A stretch of DNA of 64,000 nt from Microgenomates group bacterium (GTDB taxonomy: Bacteria; Patescibacteriota; Microgenomatia; Daviesbacterales; UBA10151), in contig JBAZXP010000001.1 of NCBI GenBank assembly GCA_041659805.1, positions 384,589-448,588 of the forward strand, in the 5' to 3' direction. Every line of letters starts with the position of its first letter. The first letter of the stretch is position 1. The notes beneath the pieces are model-generated. The model was not told the origin of the DNA. It was given only the letters and a program-made list of their open reading frames with translations, and ran no database searches. Below, in pieces: positions 1-7,308 of this stretch. The translations under genes and the position numbers were made by a program.

Positions 1-414
1 TTCATTAATATCATCCTCTCCGGCAAAGGGATCTATGATATTCCCGATCGCATCTAATGCCATTGCATTGATTGTGAAATCACGTCTGGCTAAATCTTCT
101 TCAATCTTATTTGTCCAGCCAACTTTAGTCGGATGACGTGAATCTTTATAAACCCCCTCTTTTCTCATTGTTGTGATCTCGAAGACCTCATTATCTATAG
201 GCAACCCGACTGTTCCGAATTTATTATCGTAAAAAGCGTCAGGGAAAATTTTTAACACATCTTCAGGTTGAGCGTCAGTTGTAAAATCCCAATCATGGAC
301 ATTTTTATTCATTATTAAATCGCGCACTGCGCCTCCAACTATATAGATTTCAAAGCCGGATAATTTAAATTTTTCTAAGACATCATTTACTTCTTTTGGT
401 AACAGATATGTCAT
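1..414 (-). CDS. cca: CCA-adding enzyme / tRNA nucleotidyltransferase (class II), N-terminal part; runs off the window
   Basis: Manual translation MTYLLPKEV...IYIVGGAVRDL...DWDFTT...EITTMR...EDLARRDFTINAMA shows the class II NTase motifs GGAVRD, DxD and RRDFTINA. TATAAT lies 6 nt before the ATG. Confidence 0.9.
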   Translation of the reverse strand, partial: MTYLLPKEVNDVLEKFKLSGFEIYIVGGAVRDLIMNKNVHDWDFTTDAQPEDVLKIFPDAFYDNKFGTVGLPIDNEVFEITTMRKEGVYKDSRHPTKVGWTNKIEEDLARRDFTINAMALDAIGNIIDPFAGEDDINE

Positions 415-520
415 TGACTTATTATAATCTATACCCAAAATACTGCAATTTGCAATTAATAATCAAAATTTTGGGTTCAAAATACTTAACGAGAGTTGTT
501 AACTCGAGTTAAATTAGTTT

Positions 521-2131
521 ATGATACAATCTTTTGATATGAAAACATGGAAAATATTCCCTCAAAAATTTGATGATCCGGTAAAACAATTGCTTTATAA
601 CCGTGGGCTAAAAACAGAAAAAGAAATTGAAGAATTTTTTCATCCAAAATTAGAAGATTTTGAAAAAGAATTAAATATTCCAGGGTTAGAGAAGGCAAAA
701 AAAAGAATTTTGCAGGCAATTAAAAATGAAGAGATAATTGTTGTTTTTGGTGATTACGATGCCGATGGAGTGTGTTCCTTAGCTGTAATGTATTATTCAA
801 TTTCAGAGTTAGGAGGAAAATTTTTGCCCTATATCCCCCATCGTGATAAAGAAGGGTATGGCTTATCAAAAGTAGGGTTGGACTATGCAAAGGAACAGGG
901 AGCGGGACTTGTAATCACTGTTGATAATGGGATTGTGGCGATAGATCAGTCAAAATATGCAAAAGAAATCGGTTTGGATTTAATTATTACTGATCATCAT
1001 TTACCGCTTGATATATTACCTGAAGCACATGCGATAGTCCATTCAACCAAACTTTGTGGAGCAGGTGTAGCTTGGAGTTTAGCAAGGGCTTTGGTTAACA
1101 CAAAAATAAGCAATGATTTATTGGATATAGTGGCGATCGCTACAGTATGCGACATGATGCCCCTAATTGGTGTGAATAGAGCTTTAGTAAGTGAGGGTCT
1201 TAAAAAATTAAATCATACAACTAAGGTTGGGTTAATTGCATTGATGGTTGAAGCTCGTTTAATAAAGGGAGAAATTACTACTTACCACATTGGTCATATC
1301 ATAGGTCCCAGAATTAACGCATTAGGGAGAATAGAGCATGCCATGGATTCCCTTCGCCTGCTTTGTACGAAAGATATTAAAAAAGCCAGAACAATTTCTA
1401 AGCATTTGTCTGATGTTAACGCACAAAAAAAACAGTTAACAGTTGACGCGATATTTGAAGCAAAAGAAATTATCAATCAAATCGAAATAAAGAAAAAAAT
1501 TATTATTGTTCGTTCAGATAAATGGATCCCCGGAATTATGGGACTCGTTGCAGGACGTTTAGTTGAAGAATATGGAATGCCGGCAATTGCTATATCTTGT
1601 GAGAATGGTTTTGCTAAGGGTTCTGCCAGATCAACTAATGAAGTAAATATCGTGGAGGTAATTAGAAAGTGCAGTGATTTATTAATTGGCGTCGGAGGAC
1701 ATCCGAAGGCTGCAGGTTTTTCTCTTGATGTAGAAAAAATTGAGCAGTTCAGGCAAAAAATGGAAAAGTTAATGGAAAGCGCTGAGGTTTTTGAGGGAGA
1801 AACTATTAATATAGAAACAACAATCAAAACAAAACAAATTACCAAAAAACTTGTGGAAGAGCTAGAGAATTTCGAACCAACTGGAGTGGAAAATCCTAAG
1901 CCTATTTTAGCTTCTATGCAAACACCTATTTTTGATATTCGAACAGTGGGAGAAGGGAAACACTTAAAGCTTAAAGTAGATGGATTAGATGCAATAGCTT
2001 TTGGCATGGGGGAGTTGGCAGAACAACTTAAAAATGGGCAGGATGTTAATTTAGCATATAATTTGGAGTTAAATACTTTCAATGGCGCGGAAAAAATTCA
2101 GCTGAAAATTGTAGATATTATTTCGTCTTAA
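521..2131 (+). CDS. recJ: Single-stranded DNA exonuclease RecJ (DHH/DHHA1)
   Basis: GDYDADG, ITVDNG, ITDHH, PRINALGR, GSARS and GGHPKAAG motifs. Confidence 0.95.
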   Translation: MIQSFDMKTWKIFPQKFDDPVKQLLYNRGLKTEKEIEEFFHPKLEDFEKELNIPGLEKAKKRILQAIKNEEIIVVFGDYDADGVCSLAVMYYSISELGGKFLPYIPHRDKEGYGLSKVGLDYAKEQGAGLVITVDNGIVAIDQSKYAKEIGLDLIITDHHLPLDILPEAHAIVHSTKLCGAGVAWSLARALVNTKISNDLLDIVAIATVCDMMPLIGVNRALVSEGLKKLNHTTKVGLIALMVEARLIKGEITTYHIGHIIGPRINALGRIEHAMDSLRLLCTKDIKKARTISKHLSDVNAQKKQLTVDAIFEAKEIINQIEIKKKIIIVRSDKWIPGIMGLVAGRLVEEYGMPAIAISCENGFAKGSARSTNEVNIVEVIRKCSDLLIGVGGHPKAAGFSLDVEKIEQFRQKMEKLMESAEVFEGETINIETTIKTKQITKKLVEELENFEPTGVENPKPILASMQTPIFDIRTVGEGKHLKLKVDGLDAIAFGMGELAEQLKNGQDVNLAYNLELNTFNGAEKIQLKIVDIISS

Positions 2132-2333
2132 AATAACCAATCCCCTCCCAGCCATTTATATCAAATCCAGTTACTCTAAATGTTCTTCCTTCAGGAACTG
2201 ATGCTTGTCCATTACCCATATAACAACCTTCCGGACTAACAGGTACTTTCATTACACCAACTTTATATCCTAATTTTTCTACTTCTTCCCGCGTGCTGAA
2301 TAATTCAGGTGCTGGTTTTGTTCTTTCTTTCAC
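2118..2333 (-). CDS. Small hypothetical protein (~71 aa) downstream of attenuator 1
   Basis: ORF with strong SD AAAAGGAGGTGAT before GTG at 2333; no recognisable motif. Confidence 0.65.
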   Translation of the reverse strand: MKERTKPAPELFSTREEVEKLGYKVGVMKVPVSPEGCYMGNGQASVPEGRTFRVTGFDINGWEGIGYFKTK

Positions 2334-2365
2334 TTTTATCACCTCCTTTTAGGTAATTTTTTGAA

Positions 2366-2460
2366 TAAAAAAACCTCTCATTTCTGAGAGGCCTCCTTCT
2401 TCCTTAAGCTAATTTTTTTGCTTAAGTAAGACCTCCCATAGGTACTCCAATGAGTACCAA
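2366..2460. repeat. 95-bp direct repeat, copy 1 (leader C-terminus + terminator)
   Basis: 92/95 identical to 3711-3805 by manual alignment; mismatches at 2436, 2448 and 2455. Confidence 0.95.
2367..2391 (-). terminator. Intrinsic terminator (attenuator 1)
   Basis: Minus strand reads CCTCTCA-GAAA-TGAGAGG-TTTTTTT. Confidence 0.9.
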
Positions 2461-2511
2461 GAGAAGGCTGACGAGAATAATATTTAAAACTGAGATAGAT
2501 TTAATTTCCAT
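2422..2511 (-). CDS. Putative leader peptide 1 (29 aa, MEIKSISVLNIILVSLLLVLIGVPMGGLT)
   Basis: Lies between a promoter and a terminator; 16 of 29 residues are I/L/V; the last codons contain TGGGAGG, which can pair with the terminator 5' arm. Confidence 0.75.
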   Translation of the reverse strand: MEIKSISVLNIILVSLLLVLIGVPMGGLT

Positions 2512-2518
2512 TTGAGAT

Positions 2519-2548
2519 ATTTTATATCTAAATACTTATGTTTGTCAA
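2519..2548 (-). promoter_or_regulatory. Sigma70-type promoter for leader 1
   Basis: TTGACA-18 nt-TAAAAT, 7 nt before the leader ATG. Confidence 0.75.
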
Positions 2549-2597
2549 AGACAGAATAAATTTGAAAAGCAAATAATTTTAATATATACTACAGGGT

Positions 2598-3014
2598 ATG
2601 CAAGAGACAGCCATAAGTTGTCCTTTTTGTAATATTCTTGAAGGAAAAATTCCAGGTTTTATAGTTGCGGAAAATAACCTTGCTACTTGTATACTTTCCC
2701 TGGAGGGGCATCCTTTAGTAATTCCTAAAAGGCACATCACTGATTATTTAGATCCCAGTTTGGATTCAAAAACGATTCAAGAACTAGCATTACTGGAGGC
2801 TAAGATAGTGCTATTAACTAGTAGGATATATGGTGTCAAAGATATAGCAATGCTTTCACTGAATGGAACCGGTGCCGGTCAGGAAGTGAGTCATTTGCAT
2901 AAACATATTATTCCGGTAATTAGCGGTCCAAGGATTATCAGCATTAGACGTACACCTAATCTGGATAATTCTAAGTTATCTGAAATAGCTGCTAAATTTA
3001 AAGAGATGGTGTAG
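2598..3014 (+). CDS. HIT family nucleotide hydrolase
   Basis: N-terminal CPFC, GHPLVIPKRH and GQEVSHLHKHIIP (HxHxH triad). Confidence 0.9.
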   Translation: MQETAISCPFCNILEGKIPGFIVAENNLATCILSLEGHPLVIPKRHITDYLDPSLDSKTIQELALLEAKIVLLTSRIYGVKDIAMLSLNGTGAGQEVSHLHKHIIPVISGPRIISIRRTPNLDNSKLSEIAAKFKEMV

Positions 3015-3711
3015 CACTTAAATGTTGATGTCGTCTGATTGCTGAACAAGCCCTTCGTGCTGCTGTCTGCAAAAACTTTTGTCTTGAGTATTCAATAGCA
3101 TCATGCTCGATTTTTTGCCAAATCCCGGAAGGATCGTGAAGAGGTCTGGCAAGCGATCCGATGTATGTTAATGCTTCGTTATAATTATTTCTGGTTAATT
3201 TTTCCAGATTTTGAATGTGAACTCCTATATTATTATGTATTCGTTCTCCTCCCTGAGCTCGGTAAGGTCTGATATAATCAAAAAGTTCGTTTCGGGTGTT
3301 TTCTGTAAAATCACCGATTACTGTCAGATCGACGTTGCTGGGATCGTCATGATATTTGTCCCGTGTTAATCCTTTGGCAACTGATCCAAAAAGCAGGACA
3401 GCAAAGTTGTTTAAGTCCAGTCTTTTTGCTTCGTCAACAATATGAGATGTCATTTTCTGTGCTTCTGCATATAAATATTGCCTCCAGTTTAAATCTACAG
3501 AATACATATATTGTCTGCCTGAATTAGGTGTAGGAAAACGTTTTTTCATATGGGGATCATCAACCAGAATCTTCAGTCTCTGACATTCCTCTTCCGGAAG
3601 AGAATTATTTTTTAAAATAGCCGAGGAAATAGCTTTTGTTGATTCACTGGGAAGCAGGACAATAAGTCCTAAAGTATGTGCCCAAAACATTTGTTCGCCT
3701 TTTTCTTTCAT
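2998..3711 (-). CDS. Pol-beta superfamily nucleotidyltransferase-domain protein (paralog A)
   Basis: VLLFGSVAKGLTR...DPSNVDLTVIG (hGS...[D/N]hD motif). The start is taken at ATG 3711, directly after the terminator U-tract. Confidence 0.75.
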   Translation of the reverse strand: MKEKGEQMFWAHTLGLIVLLPSESTKAISSAILKNNSLPEEECQRLKILVDDPHMKKRFPTPNSGRQYMYSVDLNWRQYLYAEAQKMTSHIVDEAKRLDLNNFAVLLFGSVAKGLTRDKYHDDPSNVDLTVIGDFTENTRNELFDYIRPYRAQGGERIHNNIGVHIQNLEKLTRNNYNEALTYIGSLARPLHDPSGIWQKIEHDAIEYSRQKFLQTAARRACSAIRRHQHLSATPSL

Positions 3712-3805
3712 AAAAAAACCTCTCATTTCTGAGAGGCCTCCTTCTTCCTTAAGCTAATTTTTTTGCTTAAGTAAGACCTCTCATAGGTACTCTAATGAGG
3801 ACCAA
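3711..3805. repeat. 95-bp direct repeat, copy 2
   Basis: 92/95 identical to 2366-2460; the offset of 1345 also maps the two leader start codons onto each other. Confidence 0.95.
3712..3736 (-). terminator. Intrinsic terminator (attenuator 2)
   Basis: CCTCTCA-GAAA-TGAGAGG-TTTTTTT immediately followed by the ATG of NTase A. Confidence 0.9.
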
Positions 3806-3856
3806 AGAGTGGCCAATAAATTTAATATTTGTGATAGTTGTATTTAAATAATTCAT
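3767..3856 (-). CDS. Putative leader peptide 2 (29 aa, MNYLNTTITNIKFIGHSLVLIRVPMRGLT)
   Basis: Same length and C-terminus as leader 1; TGAGAGG in the last codons is a perfect complement of the terminator 5' arm. Confidence 0.75.
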   Translation of the reverse strand: MNYLNTTITNIKFIGHSLVLIRVPMRGLT

Positions 3857-3866
3857 ACCAAAGAGT

Positions 3867-3918
3867 ATTTTAGATCTTTAAGTTTACTCTTGTCAACAAC
3901 AAAAGTGTTTGTTAAAAT
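3867..3918. promoter_or_regulatory. Back-to-back divergent promoters with overlapping -35 boxes
   Basis: Minus strand: TTGACA(3896-3891)-18-TAAAAT(3872-3867). Plus strand: TTGTCA(3890-3895)-17-TAAAAT(3913-3918). Confidence 0.75.
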
Positions 3919-3925
3919 ATTTTTT

Positions 3926-3985
3926 ATGTTCAACAAGCATAGCAACTTTAGATTTTTCTTTACCTTCGCTAATTCGCGGAGGTAA
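3926..3985 (+). CDS. Putative Phe-rich leader peptide 3 (19 aa, MFNKHSNFRFFFTFANSRR)
   Basis: Six Phe codons in total, five of them in FRFFFTF; CGGAGGT at the end can pair with the terminator 5' arm GCCTCCG. Confidence 0.85.
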   Translation: MFNKHSNFRFFFTFANSRR

Positions 3986-4015
3986 TTTTGCAACCTTAAG
4001 AAAGCAGCAAAAGAA

Positions 4016-4040
4016 GCCTCCGGTAAGCGGAGGTTTTTTT
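4016..4040 (+). terminator. Intrinsic terminator (attenuator 3)
   Basis: GCCTCCG-GTAAG-CGGAGGT-TTTTTT, 11 nt upstream of the ATG at 4052. Confidence 0.9.
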
Positions 4041-4051
4041 GTGGAGAAAAT

Positions 4052-4843
4052 ATGAAAACAGAAATAAACAAATACATTATTCATGAACGGTCAGGATTGC
4101 CGATAAGAATTCCGCCGTATCTAAGAAAAGAACTTGCGCACGGCACGGAAATTGGAGAGATACAAAAAGAAATGATTAGAAAAAGTCCGGTTATTGGATG
4201 CAGAGGTGAACAGGATTGTCTGCCGGGTAATTTACTTGAAAATATCCGTTTAAGGAAGATAGCCAAATTGGTATCAAATAGATTGGTGGAAATTGCAGAA
4301 GACAGGCAGATCAGTCGGTATTGTACTGTTGTGCATGGATCACTTGCCAGAGGATTGGTTCGTTGTCCGGAAAGTTCGGATCCCAGCGACATAGACATTG
4401 ATTTAGTAATTGGAGGTAAGAAAGACTGCAGTGATTTGAGGAAACAAGTCCGCGAACAAATGCATGGCTTAAAAGATTCTCTTGGAGCTCGGATTGATAC
4501 TTATGTTTGGAATATTGAAGAAATGAGAAGGAATAAAGGTGACTATGCCAGGTTAAGTTTAAGTGCCGGTGCTTACGTACTTGTGAGTAAAGGAAGCTTA
4601 TGGGAAGAGATTTTCGAGGTAGGCATAGAGAGCCAAAAATTTATTAATTTAGAGAGAAATATCAAAGATCAATTAGCTAAACGCCTTGATCATATTTTAA
4701 TAAAAAATAATATCACTGAAGCATTAACAGATTTTAAAAGCGATAGAATGCAATTAGTCGTGGGTTCTTATTTTAACGGAACATCAGAACCTTGGGAAAT
4801 AAGATTAAAAGCACAAGCTTTAAAAAGACTGATTATGTCTTAA
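4052..4843 (+). CDS. Pol-beta superfamily nucleotidyltransferase-domain protein (paralog B)
   Basis: VVHGSLARGLVR...DPSDIDIDLVIG and a later RIDTYV (candidate third acidic residue). Confidence 0.8.
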   Translation: MKTEINKYIIHERSGLPIRIPPYLRKELAHGTEIGEIQKEMIRKSPVIGCRGEQDCLPGNLLENIRLRKIAKLVSNRLVEIAEDRQISRYCTVVHGSLARGLVRCPESSDPSDIDIDLVIGGKKDCSDLRKQVREQMHGLKDSLGARIDTYVWNIEEMRRNKGDYARLSLSAGAYVLVSKGSLWEEIFEVGIESQKFINLERNIKDQLAKRLDHILIKNNITEALTDFKSDRMQLVVGSYFNGTSEPWEIRLKAQALKRLIMS

Positions 4844-4862
4844 ATCAAAAAAACAAAAGGAG

Positions 4863-5018
4863 GTGATAATTACAGCAGCAGCGTGTAATAAGCTAATTGA
4901 AGCGAAAAAGATGGGTGCCGGCGATAATATTATTAATTCGGCACTGGAAAACTTAGTAAATGTGGTTGCAAACACTAAAGGTAGTGCAGAAGCTCTTAGA
5001 CAACTCCAACCTGATTGA
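4863..5018 (+). CDS. Small hypothetical protein (~50 aa), not in the ORF track
   Basis: SD AAAAGGAGGTGAT, then open frame (V/M)IITAAACNKLIEAKKMGAGDNIINSALENLVNVVANTKGSAEALRQLQPD*. The start codon is uncertain. Confidence 0.45.
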   Translation: MIITAAACNKLIEAKKMGAGDNIINSALENLVNVVANTKGSAEALRQLQPD

Positions 5019-5058
5019 TATTGTTAATCTAGCCTCAAACTGATATGATCTATTGGTT

Positions 5059-6384
5059 ATGCAAAGAACATTAATTATTGATTGTAATAAAAACATTGGA
5101 GAAACAGTGGAAATTTGTGGTTGGGTACAAACCAGGCGTGACCATGGGAAAATTGTGTTTTTAGATGTTTTGGATAGATCTGGAGTTATTCAGGTTGTGG
5201 TAATGGGAGATAAAGCAGGTGATTTAAGACCCCAGGATGTAGTTTGTATAGAAGGTAATGTGGCAAAACGCCCAGAACACATGATAAATAAAAATTTATC
5301 AACAGGTGAAATTGAACTTCAGGCAGAAAAAGTTGAAATATTGTCTAAAGCAGAAGAATTACCTTTTGATATGGGAGGTAAAGATTTAGATCTGCAGCTA
5401 CCTACTCTTTTAGATTTTAGAGGTTTAACTTTAAGACATCCAAAAGTTAAAGCAATTTTTAAAGTACAAGAAGCTGTGATAAATGCTTTTAGAGAAGGAC
5501 TTAAAAAACATAATTTTACAGAATTCCAGGCTCCTGTAATTATTCCTCAAACAGCAGAAGGTGGAGCAGAAGTTTTTGAAGTAAATTATTTTGGGAATAA
5601 AGCATTCTTAGCCCAGAGCCCACAATTTTATAAACAAATTTTAGTAGGAGTTTATGAAAGAGTTTTTACTGTAAATAAAACTTTAAGAGCAGAACCATCT
5701 GTTACTACCAGACATTTAGCAGAAGCAACAACGCTTGATGCAGAAATGGGTTTTATAAATAGCTGGGAAGATTTGATGGATGAAATAGAATATTTGATTA
5801 AATATATTTTTAAAAGTGTTGAGCAAGAATGTGCAGATGAATTAAAACTTTATGATGTTTCAGTTCCTCAAATTGAAAATAAAATTCCCCGAATAAAAAT
5901 GAGAGAAGCTCAGGAAATAATTTATAAAAGGACAGGAGTGGATCACAGAAATGAACCAGACCTGGCCCCAGAAGATGAAAGGGAGATTGGAAAATGGGCG
6001 ATTGAAGAGCATAAATCAGAAGTAATTTTTATAACCCATTACCCTACTTCCAAAAGACCTTTTTATACAATGCCAGACAAAGATGATCCAGAACATACTT
6101 TGAGTTTTGATTTAATTGGCAGGGGAGTGGAATGGTTAACTGGTGGACAAAGAATTAATAATTTAGAAACTCTGATAGAAAAAGCCAAAGCAAAAGGGGT
6201 AGATTTACACAAAAGTGAACTTTATATTCAGGCTTTTAAATATGGTATGCCTCCAGAAGGTGGTTGGTCTTTTGGTTCAGAAAGAATTACTCAGGGAATT
6301 CTAGGACTCTCAAATATTCGTGAGGCATCTTTATTTCCAAGAGATATGGAGAGGGTTGATGTCCGATTATCCACTATAAAATGA
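5059..6384 (+). CDS. aspS: Aspartate-tRNA ligase, short archaeal-type, likely non-discriminating
   Basis: GWV..RDHG OB fold, AEGGAEVF, LAQSPQFYKQ, RAE, GGQRI, YGMPPEGG..GSER and FPRD. Confidence 0.92.
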   Translation: MQRTLIIDCNKNIGETVEICGWVQTRRDHGKIVFLDVLDRSGVIQVVVMGDKAGDLRPQDVVCIEGNVAKRPEHMINKNLSTGEIELQAEKVEILSKAEELPFDMGGKDLDLQLPTLLDFRGLTLRHPKVKAIFKVQEAVINAFREGLKKHNFTEFQAPVIIPQTAEGGAEVFEVNYFGNKAFLAQSPQFYKQILVGVYERVFTVNKTLRAEPSVTTRHLAEATTLDAEMGFINSWEDLMDEIEYLIKYIFKSVEQECADELKLYDVSVPQIENKIPRIKMREAQEIIYKRTGVDHRNEPDLAPEDEREIGKWAIEEHKSEVIFITHYPTSKRPFYTMPDKDDPEHTLSFDLIGRGVEWLTGGQRINNLETLIEKAKAKGVDLHKSELYIQAFKYGMPPEGGWSFGSERITQGILGLSNIREASLFPRDMERVDVRLSTIK

Positions 6385-7307
6385 GGCCCTTTTTATATGG
6401 TTTGGTTATAATCCTAGTTTCTATAAGTGTGCTTTTGAGTTTGCCTAAAGCAGTTAATTTAACCGCAAGTTTAGTGGAAGCCAAAAATATTCCGACCAAC
6501 AAAGTTTTGGAAAATACTGAAAAGGTTGCCGGAGTAAGTATTGTAATTCCAAAATTAAAATCCGATTTTACAAATGTTCCTTTTGTCAGTGCAACTGCAG
6601 TTATAATAAAAGACTTGTCTTCGGGGACTCTTTTATATGTTAAAGATCCTGATAAAAGGGTGCCGATTGCATCGACGACTAAAATTATGACTGCTTTAGT
6701 TGCCAGTGAATATTTTAGACCGGCAGATGTTTTAAAGGTTTATGAAACATCCTTAGTTAGTGGATCATCGATGGGATTAAAACTTGGAGAAGAGATGACT
6801 TTTAGGAGTTTGTTATACGGAATGCTTCTTAATTCCGGCAATGATGCGGCTTTTACTATTGCTGATAATTATCCAGGAGGTAAAGATGCTTTTGTTAAAG
6901 CCATGAATGTAAAAGCCCAAAATTTAGGACTGATTAATACCCATTTTGAAAATCCGGCCGGCTTTGATGATATTAACCATTATTCCTCAGCCAATGATTT
7001 GGCGAAAATTGCAGAAGCTGCTATTTCAAATTCTCAATTTGCCAGAATAGTTTCCACAAAAGACACGGTTGTTTTTTCTATTGATAAACAATCAGAACAT
7101 CAGCTAAAAAATTTAAATAAATTATTGAATTTACCCGGAGTATTGGGGATTAAAACCGGAACCACCCCGATTGCAAAAGAGAATTTAGTTGCTTTAGTAG
7201 ATCGTAATAATGAAAAAATATTAATTGTAGTGCTTGGAAGTGATGACCGTTTTGCGGAAACAGAAAAAATGCTTGATTGGGCATACGCAAATTTTACTTG
7301 GGAATAA
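6381..7307 (+). CDS. D-alanyl-D-alanine carboxypeptidase (peptidase S11)
   Basis: STTK, SGN and KTG catalytic motifs; N-terminal membrane anchor. Confidence 0.9.
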   Translation: MRPFLYGLVIILVSISVLLSLPKAVNLTASLVEAKNIPTNKVLENTEKVAGVSIVIPKLKSDFTNVPFVSATAVIIKDLSSGTLLYVKDPDKRVPIASTTKIMTALVASEYFRPADVLKVYETSLVSGSSMGLKLGEEMTFRSLLYGMLLNSGNDAAFTIADNYPGGKDAFVKAMNVKAQNLGLINTHFENPAGFDDINHYSSANDLAKIAEAAISNSQFARIVSTKDTVVFSIDKQSEHQLKNLNKLLNLPGVLGIKTGTTPIAKENLVALVDRNNEKILIVVLGSDDRFAETEKMLDWAYANFTWE

Positions 7308-7308
7308 T

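Noticed and set aside
499-512. Perfect 14-bp palindrome TTAACTCGAGTTAA between cca and recJ
   Set aside because: It occurs once and matches no operator I recognise, so it could be chance.
3712-3726. ORF-track start of NTase A at 3726 (MRGFF)
   Set aside because: That ATG lies inside the terminator hairpin; the ATG at 3711 after the U-tract is more plausible.
2366-3805. The 95-bp repeats as CRISPR repeats, IS ends or T-box riboswitches
   Set aside because: There are only two copies 1345 bp apart, with no spacers, cas genes or transposase. I see no T-box UGGNACC antiterminator bulge next to the terminator and no room for stem I. An open leader ORF explains them better.
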